Below, piece by piece: positions 62,678 through 64,000 of a stretch of 64,000 nucleotides of DNA. This stretch comes from Bacteroidota bacterium. Its GTDB lineage: Bacteria; Bacteroidota; Bacteroidia; Bacteroidales; JAHJDW01. The position numbers and the translations under genes are program-made. The stretch lies in contig JAHJDW010000155.1 of the NCBI GenBank assembly GCA_018812245.1, forward strand, positions 2,458 through 66,457. The letters run 5' to 3'. A model generated the notes under the pieces. It did not search any database and was not told the DNA's origin. It worked only from the letters and a program-made list of their open reading frames with translations. Within the stretch, counting starts at the first letter, position 1. The number at the start of each line of letters is the position of its first letter.

Positions 62678-63523
62678 TTATTCAACAAATTGTTTACGAA
62701 TGGAGGCTACTTTGCTGGAGATAGCATCAAACTGAGGTTTGGTAATTAAAACATCTTCGTTATTGTACAAATCCTCGAACACAACCATCAACTCTTTAAG
62801 GTCTTTAATAATCGGGTCAAGGTTTTCGTCCTTATCGCAGGTGTTAAGGAACCCAAGAAGATTTTCGAGGAGCAGTTCCTGCTCAACCACCCGGGCAACA
62901 ACTTCATCATCAGAGGCAAAATTTTCAACGCTTTCAATTGCGATATGAACGCTTTCGAGCCAGCTTCCTGTTGAAATAAAAGGGAGAACACTTGTTTTTT
63001 CCTGAGATTCGAGGTAGGTATATGCATCCCAGTATGCTTCTGAGGTAATCTTGTACAGGGAATCGCTATTGTTGATATTCTTGTCGATCCGTTCGGCTAC
63101 GCTTTCATCGAATCCCTCCACAATACCGAGTTCGTCACCAAGTTGTTTTGCAACTGCGTAATAATCAAGAGTTTGCTGATTTTGTTCAAAGAGCGAACAA
63201 TATGCAAGATCGGATGCATAAACTCCAAAGTTGATTGCTTTCTTAACAGTTGTGTTGTACTTGCTTGCATTTCCGGTAGGATTTGTAAGATTTTTATTGA
63301 AGTGTACCTTTTCTTCTTTCAGAAAAATGTACAACTCAGCCGGAGAAGGAATCTTGTAAAATGCGTTCTCGATGAGCTTTTTCTTCTCGTTTAATTCAGG
63401 ATTCAATGTGTCATTTTGCGGGTCATCAGAAACATCAGTATCTGAACCACCGCATGATTGGAGTAACGCTGCAATAGCAAACATAAAAATTGCTTTTGCC
63501 CAGATTGACAGAAACTTATTCAT
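62678..63523 (-). CDS. Helical lipoprotein of unknown function
   Basis: Lipobox LQSC; IPSP, AINFGVYASDLAY, GSWLES. Confidence 0.8.
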   Translation of the reverse strand: MNKFLSIWAKAIFMFAIAALLQSCGGSDTDVSDDPQNDTLNPELNEKKKLIENAFYKIPSPAELYIFLKEEKVHFNKNLTNPTGNASKYNTTVKKAINFGVYASDLAYCSLFEQNQQTLDYYAVAKQLGDELGIVEGFDESVAERIDKNINNSDSLYKITSEAYWDAYTYLESQEKTSVLPFISTGSWLESVHIAIESVENFASDDEVVARVVEQELLLENLLGFLNTCDKDENLDPIIKDLKELMVVFEDLYNNEDVLITKPQFDAISSKVASIRKQFVE

Positions 63524-63667
63524 AGTATCGTTTTTAAAGTTGTTTTCAGTTAATTATGCAAAGCTAATATTTTCTGTGATTTTGCAAAAACAGAATGCAA
63601 GCTTTTCCAGCTTTTTTTTCAAATCAAGTTAACAACTTGCTCCGAACGGCTAAAAAAACACGATATC

Positions 63668-64000
63668 TTATTGATTTTCTTTGTCTTTGCCCATGATTTC
63701 CTGAATTACGGAAATCGGCACACGCTTTCCATTGAAATATGGCGTTATGAATGAACTGATATTAAATTTCTTTTTGAAGTTTTCATTGAAAACTCTCGCT
63801 TGTTTGTATGTCTCAAATTGACCTACGCTATACTTAAAGAAACCATTCTCAGCTTCATACACATAGACTTTATCAGTTATTTTGTATCGCTCCGAGAAAT
63901 GAGATCCGGGAACCTTTTTCTGGCTTGATGCGATTTGAATCCTGTAAACCAGACCATCAATGCGTAATTCCGAAAGTTCAATCAGCTCCGCAATTTCTCC
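63668..64000 (-). CDS. C-terminal SPOR-like domain of a protein entering from the right edge
   Basis: LVYRIQIASS..FKYSVGQFETYKQA..SFITPYFNGKRV. Confidence 0.7.
   Translation of the reverse strand, partial: GEIAELIELSELRIDGLVYRIQIASSQKKVPGSHFSERYKITDKVYVYEAENGFFKYSVGQFETYKQARVFNENFKKKFNISSFITPYFNGKRVPISVIQEIMGKDKENQ

Overview
64 kb of a Bacteroidota chromosome, probably Bacteroidales-like. The assignment rests on recurrent TAnnTTTG -7 promoter motifs, T9SS-sorted proteins and the gene families present. A housekeeping backbone (htpG, lemA, rhomboid, DegT, purC, phoH, acyl-CoA reductase, two GT4s, lptF/G, fadD, ribBA, iorAB, cardiolipin synthase) is interleaved with five accessory patches. (i) 1-8 kb: secreted proteins, including a WD40-VWA protein, an internally deleted WD40-OmpA gene and a 6x55-aa repeat protein. 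(ii) 8.1-14 kb: an AT-rich TonB receptor + ABC-2/DUF3526 operon. (iii) 26.4-31.5 kb: an ORF6N gene, an orphan RHS toxin/immunity pair behind a long hairpin, an XRE regulator, a RelE/ParE TA pair between composite direct repeats with 42-bp perfect palindromes, and a DDE fragment. (iv) 47.3-53.3 kb: a decaying defence islet with a NERD-helicase, a YhdJ-like methylase, a REase::Bro-N chimera and a HEPN gene frameshifted at T11 followed by MNT. (v) 56-63.5 kb: an uncharacterised cluster of a lipoprotein, a secreted Cys protein and a TerB/FHA-like/ABCG-type fused transporter, followed by a tandem CbbX/SpoVK AAA+ gene with an in-frame TAA. I saw no rRNA, tRNA or CRISPR array. All family calls come from motif recognition by eye, not database searches.
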